Counted from the stretch's first letter, positions 8,005-17,584 are shown. The stretch is 32,211 nt of DNA from a virus (IMGVR_UViG_3300008110_006966:1-32211); one strand, 5' to 3'. The notes: generated by a model from the letters alone, not told the origin. Program-made: numbers and translations.

Positions 8005-9624
8005 ATGGCCGTTGTTCAAATTAGCAAAATACAAAATCGTAGAGGTATAAGAGAAGATCTACCCCAACTTTCGGGTGGTGAAATTGCATGGGCGATAGAT
8101 ACCCAAGAGTTGTTTATCGGTAACGGCTCAGTTGCAGAAGGGTCTCCGTATGTGGGGAACACTAAAATATTGACCGAACACGATAATATACTTGATCTGT
8201 CTGATCAATATGAATACAGAAAAATGGATAGCACTATACAAACTAGTGACGACATCAACTATCCGATTCAAACTACTTTACAAAGTAGATTAGATCAACA
8301 CATTACAGTAGCTAGTTTTGCAGTTATTAATGGTACTGTCTGTGGAGATAATCTGCAAAGAGCCATTGATCAACTTTTCTTAAATATTTCTACAAGAGAT
8401 ACTACTACCAATAGATACATTTTAGAAGTTGGGCCAGGTACATACGACATCGATAGAACAATTTATATTCCAAGTTATTGCAATCTAGTAGGTGCTGGTA
8501 CTGATAAAGTTATTTTTAACTTTGTAGGTGAAGGATACGACGCTGCATTTAGATGTGTAAACGATAATAGTGATCAAGGAGATCCTGCACCTATTGCTAG
8601 TGCAACACTGGGAACACAGCCTAAAAGAATTACTCTTAAAGGGTTTAGTATTAAATTAAACGATGCATCTACTAGCGGTATTATTTTAGATGCTGCCAAA
8701 GAATCATATTTTGAAGATATCAAAATTGAAGGAGATTGGACTCCTACAGTACAAGATGAAACAGCAATATCAAGAGGTATATCTCTTAATGCCTTAAGTG
8801 CGTTAGTTACCAGTAGAAATAATACATTTAATAATATCACAATCAGTGGTGTAGATTGCGGAATCCATTCAGACAACGATATTCGGTTCAATATCATTGA
8901 AAACTGTAATATCACTGACAGCAGAGTTGCTGTCTCCTTTGGTGCTAACACCGACGGTATTAGTACAGGGGAAATTTACGGACCTAGATCTAATATTATT
9001 TCTAGATGCTTTTTTGAAAGAATATATCAAGAAGGTGTATTAGTACAAAAGGGAACCAATAATCTTGTTAGCCATTGCTTCTTTAATAATGTAGGTAATG
9101 ATCTTGGTAATAGCAGTGTTCCTATCTATAACCAAATTAGATTTGACATTATTGGTAATAATAGTAATGATTGTATTTTTGACAGGTCGACTATTTTATC
9201 TGATTCTGGTTCAACTGAACCGTATATTGCAGAAGTTGCTGGTATCTCTGAGTACAAAATTAGTCAAACACAAAAAGTTATCTTAACACAAACACCGATA
9301 TTTACAGATTTATTTAGATTGCCCGCTTATGACTTAGCTGGTTACGAAATATCTTATATCTACAGAAGTTCGAACTCAGTACTAATGAGAAAAGGTACAA
9401 TTAAGATTGCACTAGATGCTGCTCGTAATAATCTAGTATTAAGTGATGATTATGATTTTACAGGTGCGTCCGGCGGCGATTTGGATTTAACTTTTTCTGC
9501 ACAGTTAGTTGATACTGACGGTGCTTCAAGTTATGATACTATTATTATCAAGTACAAAAATTTAACTTACAATGATTCGGGAGAATTATATTATTCATTT
9601 GCAGCAATTTATAAAAATATTTAA
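8005..9624 (+). CDS. tail fibre/spike-like virion protein with Mtd-N-like N-terminus and pectin-lyase-like beta-helix
   Basis: MAVVQISKIQNRRG..LPQL..GEIAWAIDTQELFIGNG; GPGTY..IYIPSY; Asn/Ile-rich beta-helix rungs. Confidence 0.7.
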   Translation: MAVVQISKIQNRRGIREDLPQLSGGEIAWAIDTQELFIGNGSVAEGSPYVGNTKILTEHDNILDLSDQYEYRKMDSTIQTSDDINYPIQTTLQSRLDQHITVASFAVINGTVCGDNLQRAIDQLFLNISTRDTTTNRYILEVGPGTYDIDRTIYIPSYCNLVGAGTDKVIFNFVGEGYDAAFRCVNDNSDQGDPAPIASATLGTQPKRITLKGFSIKLNDASTSGIILDAAKESYFEDIKIEGDWTPTVQDETAISRGISLNALSALVTSRNNTFNNITISGVDCGIHSDNDIRFNIIENCNITDSRVAVSFGANTDGISTGEIYGPRSNIISRCFFERIYQEGVLVQKGTNNLVSHCFFNNVGNDLGNSSVPIYNQIRFDIIGNNSNDCIFDRSTILSDSGSTEPYIAEVAGISEYKISQTQKVILTQTPIFTDLFRLPAYDLAGYEISYIYRSSNSVLMRKGTIKIALDAARNNLVLSDDYDFTGASGGDLDLTFSAQLVDTDGASSYDTIIIKYKNLTYNDSGELYYSFAAIYKNI

Positions 9625-9692
9625 AATTAATAACAGAAGTTTTATTCTCGTTTTTGGCATCAATAAATAAGTTTCTTAAAAAATAAAAAGCA

Positions 9693-10454
9693 ATGACAAA
9701 CATAACAGTAATTAAACGCGACGGAAAAAAAGAGCCATTAATGATTGAAAAATGGCAGACACAGATAGCTAAAGTATGCAAGGAAATCGCTGACGTTAGT
9801 CAGTCAATGATTGAAATTAAAAGTCAACCGCACTTCTACGATGGAATTACAACCAAAGAAATCGATGAAATAACACTAAGAGCAATAGTGGACCTTATCG
9901 ATATCGAAAGCAATCCAGATCTAGGACACACCAATTATCAATATGTAGCAGGCAAACAACGTTTGAGTATGCTACGTAAGGATGTATATGGCCAATACGA
10001 GCCTCCCCACCTTTACGAAATCGTAAAAAGAAACGTAGCTACGGGGTTGTATACTAATGAGCTATTAGAGTGGTATAGTGAAGAAGACTGGAATAAAATG
10101 AATGATATGATCGATCATTCCAAAGATGAACAATATGGATATGCGTCTATTGAACAACTAATTGAAAAATATCTAGTTAAGAATCGTAGCACAAAGGAAA
10201 TTTATGAAACTCCACAGGTTAGATACATGGTGGCAGCGGCAACAGTCTTCCATAGAGAAGAACCCAATTCAGCAAGAATGCGATATATCAAAGAGTATTA
10301 TACCGCCGCATCTGACGGCTTGTTTACTCTTGCAACACCTGTGTTGGCTGGTTGCTTCAGGAGAAATGATGGCCAAGTATGCCAGCAAACGTGCAGGCAT
10401 TGGTTTAGAGATTGGTCGACTACGTCCATTAGGCAGTCCTATACGTGGTGGTGA
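9693..10454 (+). CDS. nrdA: ribonucleotide reductase class Ia alpha subunit, N-terminal part (ATP cone through LATPVLAG; out of frame after about 10352)
   Basis: VIKRDG ATP cone, KYLVKNR, YETPQ, LATPVLAG; sequence after 10352 in this frame is not NrdA-like. Confidence 0.9.
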   Translation: MTNITVIKRDGKKEPLMIEKWQTQIAKVCKEIADVSQSMIEIKSQPHFYDGITTKEIDEITLRAIVDLIDIESNPDLGHTNYQYVAGKQRLSMLRKDVYGQYEPPHLYEIVKRNVATGLYTNELLEWYSEEDWNKMNDMIDHSKDEQYGYASIEQLIEKYLVKNRSTKEIYETPQVRYMVAAATVFHREEPNSARMRYIKEYYTAASDGLFTLATPVLAGCFRRNDGQVCQQTCRHWFRDWSTTSIRQSYTWW

Positions 10455-11952
10455 AATCATGCACACTGGCATGATTCCTTTTTTGAAAAAGTGGTTCGCA
10501 GATTTAAGGAGTTGCAGTCAAGGTGGTATACGTAATGCTAGTGCTACAGTTTTTTATCCTATTTGGCATCATCAGTTTGATGATCTTATCGTGCTTAAGA
10601 ATAATCAAGGCACAGACGAAACCCGAGTTAGACACATGGACTACGGGGTGGTATTGTCTGCTTTCTTCTGGCGCAGATTTAAAAATAAAGAATCCATTAC
10701 TTTCTTTGATCCCAATGAAGTACCAGACCTTTATGAAGCTTTCTATAGAGACTCGAAACGGTTTGAAGATCTATACGTCAAGTACGAGAAAGTACCTGGC
10801 CTGCGCAAGAAAACTATATCAGCAGAAGAAGTTTTTAAGAGTGGAATTCTAAAAGAACGTACAGACACAGGTCGTATCTATCTTGTGTTTATTGATAATG
10901 TAATGAATCAAGGACCATTTGATCCTGAGTATCATACCATTTATCAAAGTAACCTATGCTGCGAAATTCTATTACCTACTAAACCATTTAAGAGACTTGA
11001 TGATGATGAAGGACGTATTGCCTTATGCACCTTGGGTAGTGTTAACTGGGGAGCGTTCCGTAACCCAGAAGATATGCGACGTGCTTGTCGCATTTTACAA
11101 CGTAGTCTATGTAACATACTGGACTATCAAGATTTCTTATCAATTCAGAGTAAACTAAGCAATGACGAAATTCAGCCTTTGGGTATTGGTGTTACTAATC
11201 TTGCTTATTGGCATGCTAAACGCGGCCTACGATACGGTGAAGCCGATGCATTGGGAGAGGTTAAATCCTGGATCGAGCATCAAGCTTACTACCTAACAGA
11301 AGCCACAGTTGAACTAGCCAAAGAAAGAGGCAAGTGCAAAGATAGTGATCAAACACGTTACGGTCAAGGTATTTTTCCTTGGGAATTAAGAGCCGACGGT
11401 GTTAATAAATTAACTAATTTTACACCAGAACTAGATTGGGAACCTCTTAGGAAGGAGATGAAACAATATGGTGTACGAAATGCTACTCTTATGGCTATTG
11501 CTCCAGTTGAGTCTAGTAGTGTTGTTATTAATAGTACAAATGGCATTGAAATGCCTATGAGCTTGATTAGCGTTAAAGAAAGCAAAGCTGGTTCGTTTAC
11601 TCAAGTTGTTCCTGAGTATCATAAATTAAAAAACAAATATCAGCTAATGTGGGATCAAAAAGATTGTGCAGGATACATCAAGACTGCGGCAGTTCTAGCT
11701 GCATATGTTGATCAAAGTATTAGCACAAACACATTCTACAATCCTGCGCACTATGCAGATCGTAAAGTACCAACTACATTGATTGCTAAAAACTTAATGA
11801 TGGCTCACTATTGGGGATTGAAAACTTTCTATTATAGCCTTATTAACAAAACAGGCGTCAAGGCAGAAAAGGAAGAAACACCGTTAGAAATGAAGTACAA
11901 CGGGTTTCATGAAGTATTAGAAGATGATGATTGCGAGGCATGTAAACTATGA
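10354..11952 (+). CDS. nrdA: ribonucleotide reductase class Ia alpha subunit, C-terminal part (+1 frame)
   Basis: AGIG, SQGGIR, QSNLCCEI (thiyl Cys), ALCTLG, IAPVESSS, DQSIS, KTFYY and C-terminal CEAC. Confidence 0.9.
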   Translation, partial: ASGEMMAKYASKRAGIGLEIGRLRPLGSPIRGGEIMHTGMIPFLKKWFADLRSCSQGGIRNASATVFYPIWHHQFDDLIVLKNNQGTDETRVRHMDYGVVLSAFFWRRFKNKESITFFDPNEVPDLYEAFYRDSKRFEDLYVKYEKVPGLRKKTISAEEVFKSGILKERTDTGRIYLVFIDNVMNQGPFDPEYHTIYQSNLCCEILLPTKPFKRLDDDEGRIALCTLGSVNWGAFRNPEDMRRACRILQRSLCNILDYQDFLSIQSKLSNDEIQPLGIGVTNLAYWHAKRGLRYGEADALGEVKSWIEHQAYYLTEATVELAKERGKCKDSDQTRYGQGIFPWELRADGVNKLTNFTPELDWEPLRKEMKQYGVRNATLMAIAPVESSSVVINSTNGIEMPMSLISVKESKAGSFTQVVPEYHKLKNKYQLMWDQKDCAGYIKTAAVLAAYVDQSISTNTFYNPAHYADRKVPTTLIAKNLMMAHYWGLKTFYYSLINKTGVKAEKEETPLEMKYNGFHEVLEDDDCEACKL

Positions 11953-13052
11953 GCAAAGCTCAGTATGATTTAAACACAAAGACAGACTACTTACATCGTA
12001 AGATGTTTCTAGACCCAGAAGGTCCGGTTACAATTCAGCGATTTGAAGAAGTTAAGTATCCTAAGATACAAAAAATAGAACAGACAGCACGAGGGTTCTA
12101 CTGGGTTCCTGAAGAAATTAGTTTAACTAAAGATGCCGGAGACTTCAAAGAATCTAGCGATGCGGTCAAACACATTTTTACCAGTAACTTATTAAGACAG
12201 ACAGCCTTAGACAGCTTACAGGGTCGAGGCCCAGCACAGGTATTCACACCGTGTGTTAGCTTGCCTGAGTTAGAAGCATTAATGTATAATTGGAGTTTCT
12301 TTGAAACTAATATACATAGTCGCAGTTACAGTCATATTATTCGTAATATCTACAACGTGCCTAAGGAAGTGTTCAACACTATTCACGACACTGAAGAAAT
12401 TGTCAATATGGCATCAAGTGTAGGCAAGTATTACGATCAACTACACACAATTAATTGTGCAAAAGAATTAGGTAGTCCTCCAGTGTCTGAAGAGCAACAC
12501 ATTCGAGCCATTTGGTTAGCACTAAATGCCAGTTATGCACTAGAAGCATTCCGCTTTATGGTATCGTTCGCTACAAGTTTAGCAATGGTTGAGAATAAAA
12601 TCTTTATCGGAAATGGTAACATTATCAGTTTAATTTTGCAAGATGAAATTCTACACAAAGAATGGACTGCTTTGCTAATTAATACAGTGGTAAAAGACGA
12701 TGAACGTTTTCAGCGAGTAAAGATTGAATGTGAAGCTGAAGTGTATTCTATGTATGAAGACGTCATACGCGAAGAAAAAGCATGGGCAGATTATTTGTTT
12801 AAGAAAGGTCCTGTGATTGGACTTAATGCAAATATATTAAAAGATTTTGTAGATTATACAGCCGCAGGTGCTTTAAAAGATATTGGTATTAAGTATCAGC
12901 GCCCTGCACCAAAAACTACACCCATTCCTTGGTTTAACAAGCATAGCGATACTAGCAAGAAACAAACTGCATTGCAAGAGAACGAATCGACTAATTATGT
13001 TATAGGTGTCATGTCAGATGCCGTTGACTATGAAGAATTACCAGAATTATGA
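11949..13052 (+). CDS. nrdB: ribonucleotide reductase class Ia beta subunit
   Basis: WVPEEI, LDSLQ, ETNIHSRSY, EAFRF, DEILH diiron ligands; C-terminal ENESTNY. Confidence 0.95.
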   Translation: MSKAQYDLNTKTDYLHRKMFLDPEGPVTIQRFEEVKYPKIQKIEQTARGFYWVPEEISLTKDAGDFKESSDAVKHIFTSNLLRQTALDSLQGRGPAQVFTPCVSLPELEALMYNWSFFETNIHSRSYSHIIRNIYNVPKEVFNTIHDTEEIVNMASSVGKYYDQLHTINCAKELGSPPVSEEQHIRAIWLALNASYALEAFRFMVSFATSLAMVENKIFIGNGNIISLILQDEILHKEWTALLINTVVKDDERFQRVKIECEAEVYSMYEDVIREEKAWADYLFKKGPVIGLNANILKDFVDYTAAGALKDIGIKYQRPAPKTTPIPWFNKHSDTSKKQTALQENESTNYVIGVMSDAVDYEELPEL

Positions 13053-13063
13053 TGGAGAAATAA

Positions 13064-13288
13064 ATGAAAGCAGTAGTATGGTCGAAATATCATTGCCCAT
13101 TTTGCGATCAAGCAAAGGCACTACTTACGTTAAAAGGTATTGAATTTGAAGAACGTAAAATTGGCGATGGGTATAGTAAAGAAGATTTATTAGAAGCAGT
13201 ACCAACAGCACGTACAGTTCCACAGATTTTTTTAGATGATAAATTAATTGGTGGATTCACAGAACTTAAACAATTTTTGAAAGGTTAA
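13064..13288 (+). CDS. glutaredoxin
   Basis: CPFC, TVPQIF, IGGF. Confidence 0.95.
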   Translation: MKAVVWSKYHCPFCDQAKALLTLKGIEFEERKIGDGYSKEDLLEAVPTARTVPQIFLDDKLIGGFTELKQFLKG

Positions 13289-13289
13289 C

Positions 13290-13580
13290 ATGTTAATTGA
13301 TAAAGGCGTATCCGTAGGCGAAGTAATTACTCTAAAACTAACATCAGGCGAAGAAATCGTAGCTAAACTGATTGAAGAAAATGATTTACATTATAAACTA
13401 TCAAGACCAATGGTAATTGGTATGGGGCAACAAGGTCCCGGTCTGATGCCCTACTTGTTCACAGTAGACCCAGACAAAGAAATCAAATTGCAAAAGAAAA
13501 CTGTCACAGTAGCTGAAGCATCTGATGAAAAGTTTGCTAAAACATTTTTAGAACAAACTTCTGGAATTAAACTAGCTTAA
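13290..13580 (+). CDS. phage hypothetical protein, possible Sm-like fold
   Basis: 96 aa; LKLTSGEEIVAK beta-hairpin motif. Confidence 0.75.
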   Translation: MLIDKGVSVGEVITLKLTSGEEIVAKLIEENDLHYKLSRPMVIGMGQQGPGLMPYLFTVDPDKEIKLQKKTVTVAEASDEKFAKTFLEQTSGIKLA

Positions 13581-13581
13581 C

Positions 13582-14031
13582 ATGTCTACTGCATCTCCCT
13601 CTATACTTACAACTGTGGAAGAATTTCAAAATTTTACTCAAAGTATAAGTGTAGAGGATGTAGGATTTTTAGAACCAATCGCTGCTACGGTAACTGGTGT
13701 TAGTGCAAATTTATCCACAGAGGGATTGACTATAAACTATAGCGGATCTAATGTTACTATTTCCGGAAGATACATCAATATATTCACAGAAAAAACTTTT
13801 GAATATCTAACAACTGAACCACAAAAAGAAGTAGATATAACTCCATATCAAGATATACCTCCTAAAATTTACGCTCTTACCCAGTTTAACCCGTCAAAAA
13901 TTTTAAGTAAAACGATTACTTATACCATAAGTACTACATCAGGATCAGCTTCCGTGACTCAAACTATACAAAATAATTGGGACACTGGTAAAGCTCAAAT
14001 GGTGCAAGCGTTGTCGAGAGGATCAGTATAA
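13582..14031 (+). CDS. hypothetical, Thr/Ser-rich beta protein, possibly baseplate-associated
   Basis: 149 aa; TAATG coupling to the PAAR gene. Confidence 0.7.
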   Translation: MSTASPSILTTVEEFQNFTQSISVEDVGFLEPIAATVTGVSANLSTEGLTINYSGSNVTISGRYINIFTEKTFEYLTTEPQKEVDITPYQDIPPKIYALTQFNPSKILSKTITYTISTTSGSASVTQTIQNNWDTGKAQMVQALSRGSV

Positions 14032-14321
14032 TGCCAGCAGTTACAAGATTAGGTGATGGATGTACAGGGCACGGCAGTTGGCCACCAAGGGTAAATGACT
14101 CAGCCAGCGACGATGTATTCTGCAATAATATTAAAGTACATAGACAGGGCGATCATTGGGTGACACACTGCAATCCAGAACCTAGTTGCCATGATAGTTC
14201 TTTGTCCTCGGGTAGTGGATCTGTTTTTGTAAACAATAAACAAATTGGACGTATTGGCGATCCTATAGGCTGTGGCTCTTCTGTAGCAGCAGGATCTAAA
14301 GATGTGTTCGCTGGGGGATAA
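14031..14321 (+). CDS. PAAR-repeat spike tip protein (T4 gp5.4-like)
   Basis: MPAVTRLGD..GH, VHRQGD..H, IGRIGD..CG, GSKDVFAG. Confidence 0.9.
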   Translation: MPAVTRLGDGCTGHGSWPPRVNDSASDDVFCNNIKVHRQGDHWVTHCNPEPSCHDSSLSSGSGSVFVNNKQIGRIGDPIGCGSSVAAGSKDVFAGG

Positions 14322-14612
14322 TTGAACGATTTATTTTATGGAATTTTTTCTTGGATTAGGACTGACTATTATTCCAGCCGTACTCGTTTTTGTATTGAGC
14401 TGCTGGCTTGGGCTATTTCTATTGGTTGCAGCGTTACTATGGCTCTCACTGTGCCTAGCCCACCTCTTCTCATACTCTACCCGTTTTGGATTACTGGGTG
14501 TGCTTTGTACGTTTGGGCTTCTTGGACTCGTAGGAGCTTCGGTATGCTCGCAAATTACCTGTTATTAGTTAGTATTGATGCACTTGGGCTAGTAAGGATG
14601 CTAGCACAATAA
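14322..14612 (+). CDS. small membrane protein (about 3 TM helices)
   Basis: TTG start directly after the PAAR stop; three hydrophobic segments. Confidence 0.75.
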   Translation: MNDLFYGIFSWIRTDYYSSRTRFCIELLAWAISIGCSVTMALTVPSPPLLILYPFWITGCALYVWASWTRRSFGMLANYLLLVSIDALGLVRMLAQ

Positions 14613-14623
14613 ATATTTGTATC

Positions 14624-15214
14624 ATGCAAATAGTTTATATCCACGGTGCAAGTGCAACCGAAGAAAGTTTCAATTATATTAGGGATCACCTAGATGTTCC
14701 TAGTATATCTTTTAACTACGACAGCAGTAACGGCTTTCTTAATAATTTAGAAATATTCAAAGAAAAATTAAAACATCTTGACAATGTGTTTTTTGTAGCA
14801 CATAGTTTAGGCGGGATTTATTCTCTGCATTTAGCGAATCATTATCCTGATCAAGTAATTGGTGCAGTAACTATTTCTACTCCGTACGGTGGTAGCAGAG
14901 AAGCAGATTATGCTAGATACTTCTTACCATTTAGTAGACTAATGAGAGACATTGGTCCTAATAGCGATCCCATGAAAATAGCCTCAAGAATAAAGGTTCA
15001 ACATCCTTGGACTAATGTAGTAACAACTAGAGGAAAAAGTCCGTTTATTCTTGAACCAAATGATGGAGTAGTTACAATTCAAAGTATGCAACATCACGGT
15101 GACGATATGGAATTGATAGAAGTAAATTACAACCATTATGAAGTCGTAATGAGTCCATTAATTGTAGAAATAATAAAATCTAAAATGGGGGAGTTAAAAA
15201 ATGTCATACAGTGA
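14624..15214 (+). CDS. alpha/beta hydrolase (lipase/esterase-like)
   Basis: YIHG oxyanion motif, AHSLGG nucleophile elbow, STPYGGS, NDGVV, C-terminal His. Confidence 0.9.
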   Translation: MQIVYIHGASATEESFNYIRDHLDVPSISFNYDSSNGFLNNLEIFKEKLKHLDNVFFVAHSLGGIYSLHLANHYPDQVIGAVTISTPYGGSREADYARYFLPFSRLMRDIGPNSDPMKIASRIKVQHPWTNVVTTRGKSPFILEPNDGVVTIQSMQHHGDDMELIEVNYNHYEVVMSPLIVEIIKSKMGELKNVIQ

Positions 15215-15581
15215 TCAAGTTATAGACCACTACGAAAACCCTAGAAATGTAGGCAAACTAGATAAGGATGATCCTAGAGTAGGAACAGGATTAGTTGGCG
15301 CACCTGCTTGCGGTGATGTGCTACAACTTCAAATACGAGTTGACGAAGGGATAATTACAGATGCCAAATTCAAAACTTATGGCTGCGGATCGGCGATTGC
15401 AAGTAGTTCGCTGGTTTCGGAATGGGTTAAAGGTAAAACTCTCGAGCAGGCGTCTGCTATTAAAAATACGCAAATCGCGGAGGAGCTTGCGTTACCTCCA
15501 GTTAAAATTCACTGTTCAATATTAGCGGAAGATGCAATAAAATCTGCGATTGCTGATTACAAGGCCAAACATAATGTTTGA
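15201..15581 (+). CDS. iscU: Fe-S cluster scaffold protein IscU
   Basis: YSDQVIDHYENPRNVG, APACGDV, YGCGSA, LPPVKIHC. Confidence 0.97.
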   Translation: MSYSDQVIDHYENPRNVGKLDKDDPRVGTGLVGAPACGDVLQLQIRVDEGIITDAKFKTYGCGSAIASSSLVSEWVKGKTLEQASAIKNTQIAEELALPPVKIHCSILAEDAIKSAIADYKAKHNV

Positions 15582-15903
15582 TAATATTTCAGTTACTAAT
15601 ACCGCCGCTAATAAAATTAAACGATATTTAGAAAAAAGAGGAGTAGGTATTGGCATCAAAATTGGTGTTAGGACAACAGGCTGTTCTGGACTAGCCTATA
15701 CCCTTGAGTATGTTGATGAAGTTGACCCTACAGATCATTTGTTTGAAGATCGAGAAGTTAAAATTTTTGTAAGTCCAAAAAACTTGCCGTATTTGCAAGG
15801 AATGGAAATTGATTTTAAACGTCAAGGTCTAAATGAAGGTTTTGAATTTAATAATCCTCAAGCAAGAGATCATTGCGGTTGTGGAGAATCTTTTAGGGTA
15901 TAA
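15574..15903 (+). CDS. iscA: Fe-S cluster assembly A-type carrier IscA
   Basis: TTGCSGLAY, NEGFEFNNP, CGCGESF; ATG 15574 preferred over TTG 15550. Confidence 0.93.
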   Translation: MFDNISVTNTAANKIKRYLEKRGVGIGIKIGVRTTGCSGLAYTLEYVDEVDPTDHLFEDREVKIFVSPKNLPYLQGMEIDFKRQGLNEGFEFNNPQARDHCGCGESFRV

Positions 15904-15906
15904 ATC

Positions 15907-16233
15907 ATGTGGACTAGAAATAACACAAAAGATTGGTTGTTTCAAATAGAACATAGGTTATATGATTTTGAATATTATTTAAAAATTACCGAAGAATGGT
16001 GTGAGGAGCATTGTATTTTTAACGATGCTGCTGTTTTCATGTGCTATGTTATGACATTGGTTTGGGTAAGTCATATGCGTGGCGAAGAGCTTACAAAAAA
16101 CGAAGTTTTTGAAATTTTAGGATTTGAAGAACACGTTAACGATAATTCTACATTTGAGCTGTCCAAAGATTTACTAAATTTGGACCACGAAGAGCTTTTA
16201 TCTAAAGTAATCAAAGACCTACCAAATTACTAG
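15907..16233 (+). CDS. hypothetical protein
   Basis: 108-aa ORF in operon. Confidence 0.75.
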   Translation: MWTRNNTKDWLFQIEHRLYDFEYYLKITEEWCEEHCIFNDAAVFMCYVMTLVWVSHMRGEELTKNEVFEILGFEEHVNDNSTFELSKDLLNLDHEELLSKVIKDLPNY

Positions 16234-16259
16234 ACAAAATCAAATTTTTCCTTTAAACT
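16231..16259 (+). promoter_or_regulatory. sigma70-type promoter
   Basis: TAGACA, 17 nt, TAAACT upstream of SD AAGGAG. Confidence 0.5.
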
Positions 16260-16291
16260 TATATTTTGTTTGTTATTAAAGGAGACTTGAT

Positions 16292-16678
16292 TTGACTATG
16301 CACTTACACCATCCCAGTTTGAGCATGACTGGTAAGAAAAAAGGCAAAAAAAAGTTTCGTAATGCAGAACAAGCTCGTTTAACAAGAGAGCTGGAAGAAA
16401 GCTGGAATGACCTTAAATCAAAATGGGGAGTTGATCCAAATGTTAAAAAACACCAAAAAAGTGTCAAAAATGACGTTTATCAGCCGAAAATCAACCCCAG
16501 ATTAGAGGAAAGTCGTAAATATAATAGCCTGGTGACAACATGGGCACCATGCACTAAGAAGCCAAATCCAACCTACACTGGAGATAAAATTATCGGAATT
16601 GGCACTATGCATAAGTCTAACGCAGTTCCTATTTTTAGTGACGATGCTGCTAAAGACATTTCTAAGATGCGTAGGTAA
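16292..16678 (+). CDS. basic phage hypothetical protein
   Basis: SD AAGGAG; C-terminal YTG..IIGIGTMHKSNAVP..DISKMRR; start may be TTG 16292 or ATG 16298. Confidence 0.8.
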   Translation: MTMHLHHPSLSMTGKKKGKKKFRNAEQARLTRELEESWNDLKSKWGVDPNVKKHQKSVKNDVYQPKINPRLEESRKYNSLVTTWAPCTKKPNPTYTGDKIIGIGTMHKSNAVPIFSDDAAKDISKMRR

Positions 16679-16742
16679 TAGAGTATAAATTTTTAGCAAT
16701 TAAAATATTTCTTTTATACTCGAACAATCAAAGGAGAAAAAT

Positions 16743-17270
16743 ATGATTAGATTAATTAAAGCTTCGCTTATACTTTTGGCCGCCTTTATGGTTGCTTCTA
16801 TAGCACAAGTGGCTATAAACTATAAGCTGAATAAAGTTGACGTCTTTCACAAGACCAGTCACGTCACAGCAGAAGTACGTAATAAACAGTTAGAGTGTCT
16901 AGCTCAAAATATCTATTACGAAGCTGGTTACGAACCTTTTGAAGGAAAGGTAGCAGTTGCACAAGTTACAATGAATAGAGTAAAAAGTGGACAATTCCCA
17001 TCAGATGTATGTGCAGTAATTCATCAAAGGAATGTTGTTTACAACAAAGTTATTTGCCAGTTTAGTTGGTATTGTAACTCCCCAGCAGTACGTAGGCCAG
17101 TTAACCAGCCGGCATACAAAGAAAGTTACGAAGTTGCAAAACAAGTATTACTTGAAGGATTTAGACTTCCTAGTCTAAAAACCGCTCTCTACTATCACGC
17201 AGATTATGTTGATCCAAAGTGGGGTCGAGAGCGAGTAGCAAAAATTGGTCAACACATTTTTTATAATTAA
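16743..17270 (+). CDS. SleB-like cell wall hydrolase (Hydrolase_2 lytic transglycosylase) with N-terminal signal/anchor
   Basis: CLAQNIYYEA, AVAQVTMNRV, CQFSW, YYHADYV..W, IGQHIFY. Confidence 0.92.
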   Translation: MIRLIKASLILLAAFMVASIAQVAINYKLNKVDVFHKTSHVTAEVRNKQLECLAQNIYYEAGYEPFEGKVAVAQVTMNRVKSGQFPSDVCAVIHQRNVVYNKVICQFSWYCNSPAVRRPVNQPAYKESYEVAKQVLLEGFRLPSLKTALYYHADYVDPKWGRERVAKIGQHIFYN

Positions 17271-17278
17271 GGAATCAC

Positions 17279-17584
17279 ATGGTAGCCGAACACATTAATA
17301 AATTTGTAGAAGTTCTCAAAGAAAATCTAAGCCACTTGTCTGCAGAAGCATTAGGATGGGTAGCAGTAATGATTATTCATCTGTCAACTATTCCTACATT
17401 ATTGGCTGTACTTACAGGTGTTACAGAAAAGTTTCCTCCTGTAGATCTCTTTCTTTTAACTTGGCTTGGTTTGGTGTTGTTTTTTATCAAAGCTGCTATC
17501 CAAAAGGACATGCTGAATGTTGTAACTATCGGCATTGGCTTTTTTGTACAAGCATCTTTGGCCGCTTTGATACTTTTCAAATAA
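17279..17584 (+). CDS. small membrane protein (about 3 TM helices)
   Basis: hydrophobic segments; SD AAGGA; adjacent to the hydrolase. Confidence 0.8.
   Translation: MVAEHINKFVEVLKENLSHLSAEALGWVAVMIIHLSTIPTLLAVLTGVTEKFPPVDLFLLTWLGLVLFFIKAAIQKDMLNVVTIGIGFFVQASLAALILFK

Noticed and set aside
8005-9624. DGR target because of the Mtd-N-like domain
   Set aside because: No reverse transcriptase and no TR/VR repeat pair in the window
10204-10353. N-terminal 50 aa of ORF 10204..11952 as real coding sequence
   Set aside because: Shadow frame of the NrdA N-terminal part; NrdA similarity starts at 10354
9693-11952. Intron or intein in nrdA
   Set aside because: Sequence is missing rather than inserted; no homing endonuclease or intein motifs
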